From an uncultured Gemmatimonadaceae bacterium (GTDB lineage Bacteria > Gemmatimonadota > Gemmatimonadetes > Gemmatimonadales > Gemmatimonadaceae), in the NCBI GenBank assembly GCA_963751275.1, contig CAVVTZ010000009.1, positions 320,001-384,000 on the forward strand: 64,000 bases of DNA. Reading direction: 5' to 3'. Both the position numbers and the translations under genes were made by a program. Below the pieces are notes generated by a model. The model ran no database searches. It saw only the letters and a list, made by a program, of their open reading frames with translations, and was not told the origin of the DNA. Of the stretch, positions 43,153 to 52,471 are shown piece by piece. Position 1 is the first letter of the stretch; every line of letters starts with the position of its first letter.

Positions 43153-45623
43153 TATCGCGAGCCTGCGGCGAGCGGCGCGTCGGCCGGCCCGCCCACTTCG
43201 CTGTGCGCGCGCTCGTCGGCCTCGTGGCCGTCACCGCCCTGCGCCGGCGTGAGGATGGGCGCCGCATCCGGGAACTTGTACTCCGGTACGGCGCCCGGGC
43301 CGAAGCGCGGCGCCTTGCCCTTCTGTTTGTCGCGCAACGCGCGCAGCACCATGTGCGGCTGGCAGGGCACGCAGTCCACGCGCACGCCCACGGCGTCGTA
43401 GATCGCGTTCGCGACGGCGGGCGGGATCGGCAGCAGCGGACCCTGGCCGACCTCCTTCGCGCCGAACGGCCCGCTCGCCTCGGGCTCCTCGATGAGGATC
43501 GTCTCCACGTCGCACATCTCCAGCGTCGTCGGGCTCTTGTACTCGAGCATGCTGGGATGGTGGTGCACCACATTCCGCTCGGCGTCGCGGTAGGTCATCT
43601 CCTCCATGAGCGCTTCGCCGAGCCCCATGTACACCGAGCCCTCGACCTGGCCGATCGCGAGCATCGGGTTGATCGCGCGGCCGATGTCGTGCGCGATCCA
43701 CATCTTGGGCACGCGCACGATGCCGGTGTCGGGATCCACCTCGACTTCGACCACCGCGCACGAATACGAATACGCGGGCGACGGGCCGACGCCGGCGCCC
43801 TTGTAGCGGCCGGGCGACTTGGGCGGCGTGTACGAGCCGGTGGCGCCGATCGCGCCGAGCGCGCTCTCGGCGATGCGCACGGCCTCGGCGAACTCCATGC
43901 CGCGCTCGGGGTCCTCGCTGTCGAACACGCGGCGGTGCGAGAAGACGATGCGCTCCGCGGGGACGCCGAGCTTCTGGCGCGACGGGCACGGCGACCATTT
44001 CCCGCGCGCGGCTCGCGGCCTGGATCGCGGCGTGGCCCGTCATGAGCGTGACGCGCGAGGAGTACGAGCCGAGGTCGACGGGGGTGAGGTCCGTGTCGCC
44101 GGTGACGACGCGGATGTCCACCGGCTCGATGCCGAGGACTTCGGCGACGAACATCGCGAGCATCGTGTCGGAGCCCTGGCCGATGTCGGTCGCTGCCGCA
44201 GAAGGCGGTGACGCCGCCGGAGCGGTCGAGCTTGAGCTGCACGCTCGAATGCGGAAGCTGGTTCCAGTAGATGGGCAGGTTCGCGCCGGAGAGGTAGCAG
44301 GAGCACGCGATGCCGACGCCGCGGCCGAAGGGGAGCTTGCGGAACTTCTCGCGCCAGCCGCTCGCGCGCACCGCGGCGTCGATGCACGGGCCGAGGCCCA
44401 TCGAACCGATGCGCAGCCAGTTCGCGGTCAGCGGAGTTCGGCGGCTGCAGGATCTTCGAGCGCATCTCGGCGGGATCGAGCTGGAGATGCTCCGCGATCT
44501 TGTCGAGCTGTACTTCCAGGCCGAAGCGCGGCTGCGGCGTGCCGTGTCCGCGCTTGGGACCGCACGGCGGCTTGTTCGTGAAGACGCGCAGGCCGCGGAA
44601 GCGGTACGCGGGGATCTCGTAGGTGACCGTCTGCAGCGCGCCCGTGTAGTACGTGCAGGCCACGCCGTAGCTGCCGTAGGCGCCGCCGTCGAGGACGGAG
44701 GCGAAATCCATCGCGACGATGCGCCATCGTTCTTCACGCCGGTGCGCACGCGCATGAGCACCTGGTGGCGTCCGCGGTGGCAGTGGAAGACCTCTTCGCG
44801 CGTGAGGCAGATCTTCACGGGTCGTCCGGTGCGGCGCGCGAGTTCGGCGACGACGATTTCGTGATTGAACGGATCCGATTTGCCGCCGAAGCCGCCGCCG
44901 TTCGGGCGTGGCGATCACGCGGATGTGCGCGGGCGGCATCTGCAGCACTTTCGCGAGCGCGCGGTGCAGGTAGTGCGGCGTCTGCGTGCTGCTCCACACC
45001 GTGAGCTTGCCCTCGGTGGACCACTGCGCGAGCGTCGCGTGCTGCTCGATCGCGAGGTGCGTGTTCCCCTCGTAGAAGAACGTGTCGTCGGCGATGTAGT
45101 CGGCGCCCTTCATGGCTTCATCTACGCCGCCGAAGTCGAGCGCGATCTCCTTGTGGATGTTGCCGCGGTCGCCGTACTCGTGGAGCTGCGGCGACGGCGT
45201 GGCGATCGCATCGTCCACGCTCTCGATGGCGCGGAGCGGCTCGTATTCCACCGCGATGAGGCGGCAGGCCTCCTCGGCGGTCATCTCATCGATCGCGGCG
45301 ACCGCGGCGATCGGGTCGCCCACGAAGCGCGCGACGTCCTGGCAGAGCGCGTGCTCGTCCTGCGAGATGGGGAGGATGCCGAAGGGGATGGGGAGCGCGT
45401 CGCCGGTGAGTACCGCGATCACGCCCGGCAGCGCCGACGCGCGGCGCGTGTCCACGCGCTTGATCTTCGCATGGGCGTAGCGCGAGCGGTGCAGCTTGCA
45501 GTGCAGCATGCGCGGCAGCACGAGGTCGTCGGCGAAGAGCGTTTGGCCGGTGACCTTGGCGCCGGCGTCCACTTTCTCGCGCGGTGTGCCGACGACGTGG
45601 AACGTGCGCTCTTCCTCAGCCAC
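43152..45623 (-). CDS. Xanthine-dehydrogenase-family molybdopterin subunit (HcrA-like; several frameshifts)
   Basis: KVTG...F.DD, GGGFGGK, RGHGTPQ, IGQG, YSSRVT, GQVEG, GAKEVGQG. Confidence 0.88.
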
Positions 45624-46131
45624 GCGCGTTCTCCATCCAGCCGGCGGCGAGTTCCACGGCTTCGTAGATCTTCAGATAGCCGGTGCAGCGGCAGAGATTG
45701 CCGGCGAGCGCCTCCTTGATCTCGTCGCGCGAGGGGTGCGGGTTCGCGGCCAGCAGCGCCTGCGCGGAGAGCAGGAAGCCCGGCGTGCAATAGCCGCACT
45801 GCGCCGCGCCCAGCTCGGCGAATGCCTGCTGCAGCGGGTGCAGCACGCCGCCCTCGGCCATTCCTTCCACCGTCTCGATGGGGCGTTCGGCGTACTGCGC
45901 CGCGAGCGCCAGACAGGAGAGCACCGGCGCGCCATCGACGAGCACCGTGCAGACGCCGCATTCGCCGAGCTCACAGCCGTGCTTCGTGCCGGTGAGCGCG
46001 AGGTCCTCGCGGAGGACCTCGAGGAGCGTCTTGTTCGGGGCGAAGGCGATCTCGCGGCGCTCGCCGTTCACGACGAACGCGGCGTGCGCCGTCATTCGCG
46101 CGGGAGCCTCGATTTGGACGGGTTTTGGCAC
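45616..46131 (-). CDS. 2x[2Fe-2S] subunit (HcrC/CoxS-like)
   Basis: GTKHGCELGECGVC, QCGYCTPG, NLCRCTGY. Start at 46131 (GTG) or 46095 (ATG). Confidence 0.92.
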   Translation of the reverse strand: MPKPVQIEAPARMTAHAAFVVNGERREIAFAPNKTLLEVLREDLALTGTKHGCELGECGVCTVLVDGAPVLSCLALAAQYAERPIETVEGMAEGGVLHPLQQAFAELGAAQCGYCTPGFLLSAQALLAANPHPSRDEIKEALAGNLCRCTGYLKIYEAVELAAGWMENARG

Positions 46132-46184
46132 GGATGGAGGATGCGCCCCCGGACGCGGGGCGGGCAAGGGTGTTCATACAGAAG

Positions 46185-46302
46185 CCGGGAACCGATTACC
46201 GGGAACCGGTGACGCATGAAAACACATGGCATCACGACTTCGCGCGATGTCGTGATGCCATGTATTGTCATGCCTCACCGGTTCCCGGTAATCGGTTCCC
46301 GG
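46185..46302. repeat. Inverted-repeat element family G (14-nt CCGGGAACCGATTA units), copy 1
   Basis: CCGGGAACCGATTACCGGGAACCGGTGA...CATGGCATCACGAC / GTCGTGATGCCATG...TCACCGGTTCCCGGTAATCGGTTCCCGG. Confidence 0.95.
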
Positions 46303-46318
46303 TCGTTCGCGTTACAGG

Positions 46319-47536
46319 CTATTCGTACCGCAACGCCGTGATCGGGTCCATGAGCGCGGCGCGCCGCGCCGGCCAGACGCCGAAGACCACGCCCACGAGC
46401 GCCGAGAACAGGAACGCGAGCGCGACGGACGCCGGGGCCACATCGGTGTTCCAGTGGAACCCGTATCGCATGCCGATCGCGCCGCCCGCGCCGAGGATGA
46501 TGCCGAATATCCCGCCGAGCACGCACAGCACCACGGCCTCGATCAGGAACTGCAGCAGGATGTTCATCTTCGTCGCGCCCAGCGCCTTGCGCACGCCGAT
46601 CTCGCGCGTGCGCTCGGTGACGGACACGAGCATGATGTTCATGATGCCGATGCCGCCCACGACCAGGCTGACCGCCGCGATGCCGCCCAGCAGCAGGCCG
46701 AACACCTGCGTGGTGGACGAGAGCGTGTTGAGGAAGTCCGCCTGGCTGCGGATCATGAAATCATCGTCGCGCCCGCTGGGAATGCGGTGCTGTCGGCGCA
46801 GGATGCGTTCGATCTCGGTCATCGTCTCCGGGATCATCGCCTCACTGGGGGCGACCACGCTGATCGTGCGGAGATAGATCGTGTCGAACACGCGGAAGCG
46901 CGCCGTATTGATCGGGATCACGACCTCGTCGTCGGGGTCCTGGAAGCCCGCGGCGCCCTTGGGTTCGAAGATGCCGATGACCTGGAACTCGATGCCGCTG
47001 ATGCGGATGTTCTCGCCCACGAGCGCGCCGGGCGCGCCGGGGGAGAGATTGTTCGCCGTGGTGGCTCCGAGCACGGCGACGCGCTTGCGGCCCTCGTCTT
47101 CCTGCGTCGTGAACATGCGGCCGCTCTGGACGTTGTACTTGCGCACGTCGGCATAGTTCGCGGTGGCGCCGATGATCGAGGTGCTGGTGTTCGTGCGGCG
47201 CCACTGCACCTGCAGCGTGCGCGCCATCTCGGGCTCCACCGCCGCGAACAGCGTCCCCTGCGTCTGCAGCGCCGTGGCATCATCCACCGGCAGCTTGGCG
47301 CGGTCGGACGAAGACGCGATGCCGCCGGTGAACACCTGACCGGGCACCACCGAGAGCAGCGTCGTGCCGAGCGCGGTGATGCGGTCGTTCACGGCCTGCT
47401 GCGCGCCGCGGCCGAGCGCGACCACGGCGATGACGGCCGCCACGCCGATCACGATGCCGAGCATCGTGAGCGCCGAGCGCAGTTTGTTCGCCCGCAGCGC
47501 GATGAGCGCGACGGCGATCGTTTCGCCGAGCATCAT
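46319..47536 (-). CDS. MacB/FtsX-type ABC transporter permease
   Basis: RSALTMLGIVIGV, GGIGIMNIMLVSVTERTREIGVRKALGA, DPITALRYE. Confidence 0.95.
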   Translation of the reverse strand: MMLGETIAVALIALRANKLRSALTMLGIVIGVAAVIAVVALGRGAQQAVNDRITALGTTLLSVVPGQVFTGGIASSSDRAKLPVDDATALQTQGTLFAAVEPEMARTLQVQWRRTNTSTSIIGATANYADVRKYNVQSGRMFTTQEDEGRKRVAVLGATTANNLSPGAPGALVGENIRISGIEFQVIGIFEPKGAAGFQDPDDEVVIPINTARFRVFDTIYLRTISVVAPSEAMIPETMTEIERILRRQHRIPSGRDDDFMIRSQADFLNTLSSTTQVFGLLLGGIAAVSLVVGGIGIMNIMLVSVTERTREIGVRKALGATKMNILLQFLIEAVVLCVLGGIFGIILGAGGAIGMRYGFHWNTDVAPASVALAFLFSALVGVVFGVWPARRAALMDPITALRYE

Positions 47537-47537
47537 G

Positions 47538-49118
47538 TTACGGATTCCCCGGGCGTGGGGCCGGCGGCGCGGCGGGAGGCGCCGCGGGCGTCGCGCCCTT
47601 CTGGCCGCCGCCCTTGGCGGTCGTCGTATTCCCCGACTGGCTCACGCCCGGCAGCCCCATGCGGCTCTGGATGCGCGCCTGCAGGTTCTGGCGCGCCGCC
47701 TGCAGCATCGCGGCGTTGATGAGCGCCACCTGGTCGCCCTCGGCGAGCCCGCTCAGCACCTGGGTCACGTCGTAGTTGCCGACGCCGAGCGTGAGGATCT
47801 TGGGGACGAAGGTGCCGTTCTGCTTGACGAATACCAGGCCGGGCCGCGGCTTGGTGTTGCCGGGATTCATTTCTTCGCCGCCGCCCATCGCCAGCTGCGT
47901 GCCGCCGGCGCTCGTGCGGCGGAGCTGCGCGCAGGCGCGCGCCGCGGTGGCGTCGATGTGCAGCGTGTCGTACACCGCGCGCATCTGCGCGCCGAGCGCC
48001 TGCCGGTCGCCGCCGGCCATCATCGAATCGCGCAGCGTCTGCATCTGCTTCTGCTGCGCCGGGTGCTTGGCGATCACGGCATTGATCGAGTCGCACTGCG
48101 GCTGCGACACCGACACCGCGGCGGTGCTGCCCGCGCTGTCGCCGTTGCGCCGGCCGCCGCCGAGTGACGCCATGACCGCGTTCACGTCGAGCCCGAGCGC
48201 CTGCGCGGCGGCGCGGGCGTCGCGCGGGCTGCGCACGGCGTCGTTCGGCACGGCGAGCGCGTTGTCGCGCTGCTCGACGAGGATCGAGACGTCGCTGTTC
48301 ATGCCGGGCATGAGCGCGCCGTCCTGGTTGTCGATCTTGATGAACACGGGGAACATCGTGACGCTCTGTTGCACCGTGGCCTGCGGCGAGATCTTCTGCA
48401 CCGTGCCGTGGAAGGTGCGGTTCGGATACGCATCCACCTTGATCGTGGCGCTCTGCCCGACCTTGACGTTGCCGATGTCGCTCTCGGCGACGAGCGTGCT
48501 GTCCATGATCTGCGCGAGGTTCGCCATGACCAGGAGCGTCGTGCCACCGCTCACGTTGCCGGTGGCCGAGGCGATGACCTGCCCCTCGGACACGTCGCGC
48601 TCGATCACCGTGCCGGACGCGGGCGCGCGGATCGTGACGTCCTCGAGCGCGATCGACGCGTTGTCGAGATTGGTGCGGGCGCCGACGAGCTGCGATGCCG
48701 CGTTCGCGTACGCGAGCTGCGCCGACTCCATGTCCGTCGTGGTGAGGACGCCGTTCTTGAAGAGCGACGAGTCGCGCAACAGCTGCGACTTCGTGACGGC
48801 CACGTTGGCTTCCGCAGCTTTCACCGAGGCGGCCGCCTGATCGTAGCTGTTCTGCGGGATGCGCGGGTCGATCTTCACGAGCAGGGCGCCGGCTTTCACG
48901 AGCGAGCCGGACTCGACGAAGATCTTGAGTACCGTGCCCGACGCCTTGGACTTCACCTGCACGGGATTGATCGGCGTCACGACGCCGGTCGCCTCGACAT
49001 CGACCACGATGTCCTGACGCGTGACCTGGGCGGTCTGGACCGCGGGGCCGGCAGCCTGTTTGGCCTTGCAGCCGGCGGCGGCGAGCGCGAGGAGCAGCAG
49101 CGAGGTGGTTCTCTTCAC
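47538..49118 (-). CDS. MacA-like periplasmic adaptor lipoprotein
   Basis: Lipobox AAAGC, VKSKASG..V..G.LL..ID, IRAP.SG.VI, VAESDIG.VKVGQ. Confidence 0.9.
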   Translation of the reverse strand: MKRTTSLLLLALAAAGCKAKQAAGPAVQTAQVTRQDIVVDVEATGVVTPINPVQVKSKASGTVLKIFVESGSLVKAGALLVKIDPRIPQNSYDQAAASVKAAEANVAVTKSQLLRDSSLFKNGVLTTTDMESAQLAYANAASQLVGARTNLDNASIALEDVTIRAPASGTVIERDVSEGQVIASATGNVSGGTTLLVMANLAQIMDSTLVAESDIGNVKVGQSATIKVDAYPNRTFHGTVQKISPQATVQQSVTMFPVFIKIDNQDGALMPGMNSDVSILVEQRDNALAVPNDAVRSPRDARAAAQALGLDVNAVMASLGGGRRNGDSAGSTAAVSVSQPQCDSINAVIAKHPAQQKQMQTLRDSMMAGGDRQALGAQMRAVYDTLHIDATAARACAQLRRTSAGGTQLAMGGGEEMNPGNTKPRPGLVFVKQNGTFVPKILTLGVGNYDVTQVLSGLAEGDQVALINAAMLQAARQNLQARIQSRMGLPGVSQSGNTTTAKGGGQKGATPAAPPAAPPAPRPGNP

Positions 49119-49129
49119 GTGGCGGATCC

Positions 49130-50437
49130 TCACAGTTCGCGACCGATGAGCGCCTCGAGCTGCGCCTTGGCCACACGGTAGTTGAAGCGCGCCTGGATGA
49201 GCGCGAAGCGCGCCTGATTCAGAGTCGTCTGGGATGTCAGGGCGTCGAGGATCGTCCCCGCGCCGAGCTGGTACCGCTGCTGCTGCACGCGAAGGTCCTC
49301 GTCCGCGGCGGCGACCGACACGAGCTGGATGTTGATCTGTTCCTGAGCGGTCTGGAGCGCGCCAAGGTATTGCACGAGGCTCTGCTGCGCCGCGAACTTC
49401 GCGTCGCGCAGCGCGGCGTCGGCATTCATGGACGCCACGTCCGCCGCCACGATGCTCGATTCACGTTGCCACTGGTTGAAGATCGGGTACGACGCGGAGA
49501 AGCGGAGCTGGCCGCTATAGGAATAGTCGCCCGGCGAGAAGCTGAAGACGCTGTCGGCGGCGACGCGGTTGCGGCCGTACGACATGGAGATCGTCGGGAG
49601 CCACGCGGACCGCGCCGCCTGCGCGCCGCTCTGCGCCGCCTGCAGCGACGCCGTGGCCTGCTGCACCGCGGGCCCCTGGAGCGCGAGCTGCGCGATCTGT
49701 GCGCTGTCGGCCTTGAGCTGCGGCTCGCCCAGCGTGTCGTCGGGGATCGCGGTGACGGTCACTTTGGCCGCCACGAGGCGCGTGAGCGCCGCGTTCGCCG
49801 TCTGCAGATCGTTGTTCGCGGTGAGGATGCCGAGCTGCGCGTTGCCCACCTGGATCAGCGAGCGCAGCGAATCGGACTTGATCGCGGTCTTCGCCTGCAC
49901 CATCAGCACCGACATCTTCATCTGCTGCGTGGCCTGGTCGAGCGCCGCCTGGGCATCGCGCCGCTCCTCGATCGCGGCGAGCACGGCGTAATACTGCTGC
50001 TTCACGAGGTACGCGATCTGCCAGTTCTGCGCGTTCTCGCCGGCCACCGCGGCGCCGAGATTCGCGCGCGCCTGGCTCAGGTCGAAGAGCCGCCGCCCGC
50101 CGTCGAACAGATCGAGGGCGAAGTTGAAGCCCTGCGTCGTCTGCCACTTGCCGGAGATGAGCTGGCCGGTGGTGGTGTTCACGCGGCTCGCGGCGGGGCT
50201 GAGCGACGAGCTGGACGTGTTCACCGTGAGGCTGGGGATGAACGCCGACCACGCCGAATGCACGCCGGCCTCGGACGTCAGGAGGTTCCCGCGCGCGGCG
50301 ACGGTGGCCGGATTGTTCTTCACGGCCAGCTGGATCGCTTCGCTGAGCTGAATGGGATGGGCGCCGGTGTCCGTCGCGACCTGCGCCGACAGCGGCGCCG
50401 CGGCGAGGACCGCGAGCGCCAGGAGTCTGGATCTCAC
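49130..50437 (-). CDS. TolC family outer-membrane efflux protein
   Basis: AIQLAVKNNP, LFDGG, RYQLGAGTILD, LEALIG. Confidence 0.9.
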   Translation of the reverse strand: MRSRLLALAVLAAAPLSAQVATDTGAHPIQLSEAIQLAVKNNPATVAARGNLLTSEAGVHSAWSAFIPSLTVNTSSSSLSPAASRVNTTTGQLISGKWQTTQGFNFALDLFDGGRRLFDLSQARANLGAAVAGENAQNWQIAYLVKQQYYAVLAAIEERRDAQAALDQATQQMKMSVLMVQAKTAIKSDSLRSLIQVGNAQLGILTANNDLQTANAALTRLVAAKVTVTAIPDDTLGEPQLKADSAQIAQLALQGPAVQQATASLQAAQSGAQAARSAWLPTISMSYGRNRVAADSVFSFSPGDYSYSGQLRFSASYPIFNQWQRESSIVAADVASMNADAALRDAKFAAQQSLVQYLGALQTAQEQINIQLVSVAAADEDLRVQQQRYQLGAGTILDALTSQTTLNQARFALIQARFNYRVAKAQLEALIGREL

Positions 50438-50799
50438 TTGCGATTGGCCTCCGCGCGGTCGTGCTCCTGCAGGATCTCCTGGAACTTCTTCTGCTGATCG
50501 GGACTCAGGATGCCCATGATCTGCTTGCGCGCGGCGGTGCGCGCCGAGTCGAGCTGCGGTTTGATGGGCTCCGCGATCTTGGTCATCACGCGGCGGCGGT
50601 CATCGAGGATGGAGTCGAACTGCGCCATCTGCACGGCCGACAGGTCGAGTTGCGCGGCAATGTAGTGGCGCATCTCACCCGGCGCGCCGGGCGCGTCGGC
50701 GCGCGCATCCATGAGGTGGCTGGCCGCGAAGCCGAGCGCACCGCCCGTGATCAGCGCGCCGGCGAGCAGCGCGAGCGCGATCTCCTTGGGTCGTTGCAT
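50434..50799 (-). CDS. Spy/CpxP-like periplasmic protein
   Basis: N-terminal hydrophobic segment; two LTxxQ-like motifs (LDLSAVQ, LSPDQ). Confidence 0.6.
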   Translation of the reverse strand: MQRPKEIALALLAGALITGGALGFAASHLMDARADAPGAPGEMRHYIAAQLDLSAVQMAQFDSILDDRRRVMTKIAEPIKPQLDSARTAARKQIMGILSPDQQKKFQEILQEHDRAEANRK

Positions 50800-50812
50800 G
50801 ATCGGGATACCG

Positions 50813-51205
50813 TCAGGGCGTGAGGACGTAGCGGAGCACCGCTTCGTTGTCCGGCTTCGCGCCGGCGACGGCGCTCAACTGCGCGATGGGCGGGTTCGCG
50901 TGGAAGAGCAGCGCCTCGAGCTCGGTGCGCTCGCGCGTCTCGCGCGCGCGCCAGAGCGTCATGCCGGCCACCGCGAACGCGATCGCCGCCGCAATGAGGC
51001 CGGGCGTGGCCCACCGCGAGAGCGACACCCACCATGCCGCGTCCGGCGCGCCGGCGGCGGACGCGCCGGCGACGCGCGCGAGGATCTTCCCTTCGAGCTC
51101 GTGCCAGTACGCCTCGCCCTCGGGCGCCGCGTACAGCCGGCGCAGGGCGCGGGTCATGTCGTCGTCCCGTCCATCGGGTCCGATCCGGTATTCGGTGCTC
51201 ATCAT
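50813..51205 (-). CDS. Putative membrane anti-sigma factor
   Basis: Single TM, small; overlaps the ECF sigma stop (ATGA). Confidence 0.6.
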   Translation of the reverse strand: MMSTEYRIGPDGRDDDMTRALRRLYAAPEGEAYWHELEGKILARVAGASAAGAPDAAWWVSLSRWATPGLIAAAIAFAVAGMTLWRARETRERTELEALLFHANPPIAQLSAVAGAKPDNEAVLRYVLTP

Positions 51206-51786
51206 TCGCCTCGCAGGTCGCTCAGGGTCTTTCGCAGCGCTGCCCGCGCGTGGTGCAGGTGCGCGCGCGCCGTGCCTTCCGGTATGTCCAACAGCCCGCC
51301 GATCTCGGCGTGCGTGAATCCCTCCACATCGTGCAACACCATCACCGCGCGCTGCGGCGGCGTCAGCGTGTCGAGCGCTTCGGCCAGCCGGCGCCGCAAC
51401 TCATCGTCCACACCCGGGTCGCGGAACGGATGCGCGATCTGCTCCGTCAACGGCTCCGCCACCCGCACCTTCCGGCGCCGCGCGATATCCAGCGCAGCGT
51501 TCGCCACGATCCGGCTCAGCCACGCCGCGAACGGCTGGTCCGGCCGGAACCGCTCCAGCGCCTGGTACGCGTGCAGGAAACCTTCCTGCACCGCATCCTC
51601 GGCGTCCTCGTGCGTGGCGGAAATCGCCCGCGCGACGGTGTACGCCCGGCGCTGGTGACGCCGCACAAGTTCGGCGAATGCCTCCGCCGAACCCTTCTGC
51701 GCCGCGAGCGCCAACTCGCGCTCGGACGCCGGCTCCGGTGATTCCGGATCGGTCTTGCCCGGACCGGGGATCGTGTGCGTTGCCAT
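51202..51786 (-). CDS. ECF sigma-70 factor
   Basis: AFAELVRRH, DAEDAVQE.F, F.AWL.RI..N, LHDVEG.THAEI...L.IPEGT.R..LHHAR. Confidence 0.94.
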   Translation of the reverse strand: MATHTIPGPGKTDPESPEPASERELALAAQKGSAEAFAELVRRHQRRAYTVARAISATHEDAEDAVQEGFLHAYQALERFRPDQPFAAWLSRIVANAALDIARRRKVRVAEPLTEQIAHPFRDPGVDDELRRRLAEALDTLTPPQRAVMVLHDVEGFTHAEIGGLLDIPEGTARAHLHHARAALRKTLSDLRGE

Positions 51787-51792
51787 GGGTAG

Positions 51793-51818
51793 TACGCGCT
51801 GGGGCGCCGGAGCGTTGT
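51793..51818 (-). promoter_or_regulatory. Putative autoregulatory ECF promoter
   Basis: ACAAC-N17-CGTA, 6 nt upstream of the sigma ATG. Confidence 0.55.
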
Positions 51819-51822
51819 GCGG

Positions 51823-52425
51823 TCAGCCGGCCGCCGGCGCGCCGGCGAGACCGAGCGCGGGCGCGACGCCGCGCATCGCGGCGATCACGAACGTGATGTG
51901 CTCATCCAGGTCCACGCCCAGCTCCGCGGCGCCCTGAATCACGTCCTCGCGGCTCACGCCGCGCGCGAACGCCTTGTCCTTCATCTTCTTCCGCACCGAC
52001 GGCGTCTCCACGTCGTGCACGCTGCGAGAGGGTTTGACCAGCGCGGACGCGGTGATCAATCCCGTCAGCTCATCGACCGCGAACAGCGTCTTGGCCATTC
52101 GCGTGTCGCGCGGCACGCCGGTGTACGACGCGTGGCCGAGGATCGCCTGCAGGACGTCGTCGGGATAGCCGCGCTCGCGCAGCAAGCGCACGCCGTGCGC
52201 GGGATGTTCGGCGTCGGCGGCGTGCGCGGCGTTCGGGAAGCGCTCGTAATCGAAGTCGTGGAGCAGGCCGGCGAGCGCCCAGCGGTGCTCGTCCTCGCCG
52301 AACTTCACGGCGTAGGCGCGCATCGCGGCCTCCACGGCCAGCATGTGCTTCCGCAGCGAGTCGCTGGCGGTGTTTTCGTGGACGAGCGCGAGCGCGTCGT
52401 CGCGGGTCGGCAGTGCAGCGGTCAT
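51823..52425 (-). CDS. HD-domain phosphohydrolase (HDIG family)
   Basis: LRKH..AVEAAM, GLLHDFDYE, DELTGLI, KAFARGV.R. Confidence 0.9.
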   Translation of the reverse strand: MTAALPTRDDALALVHENTASDSLRKHMLAVEAAMRAYAVKFGEDEHRWALAGLLHDFDYERFPNAAHAADAEHPAHGVRLLRERGYPDDVLQAILGHASYTGVPRDTRMAKTLFAVDELTGLITASALVKPSRSVHDVETPSVRKKMKDKAFARGVSREDVIQGAAELGVDLDEHITFVIAAMRGVAPALGLAGAPAAG

Positions 52426-52471
52426 GACTCTGATGATAGAGGGGGCGTGCGCTGTGCGTCAGGGCGGCGGA

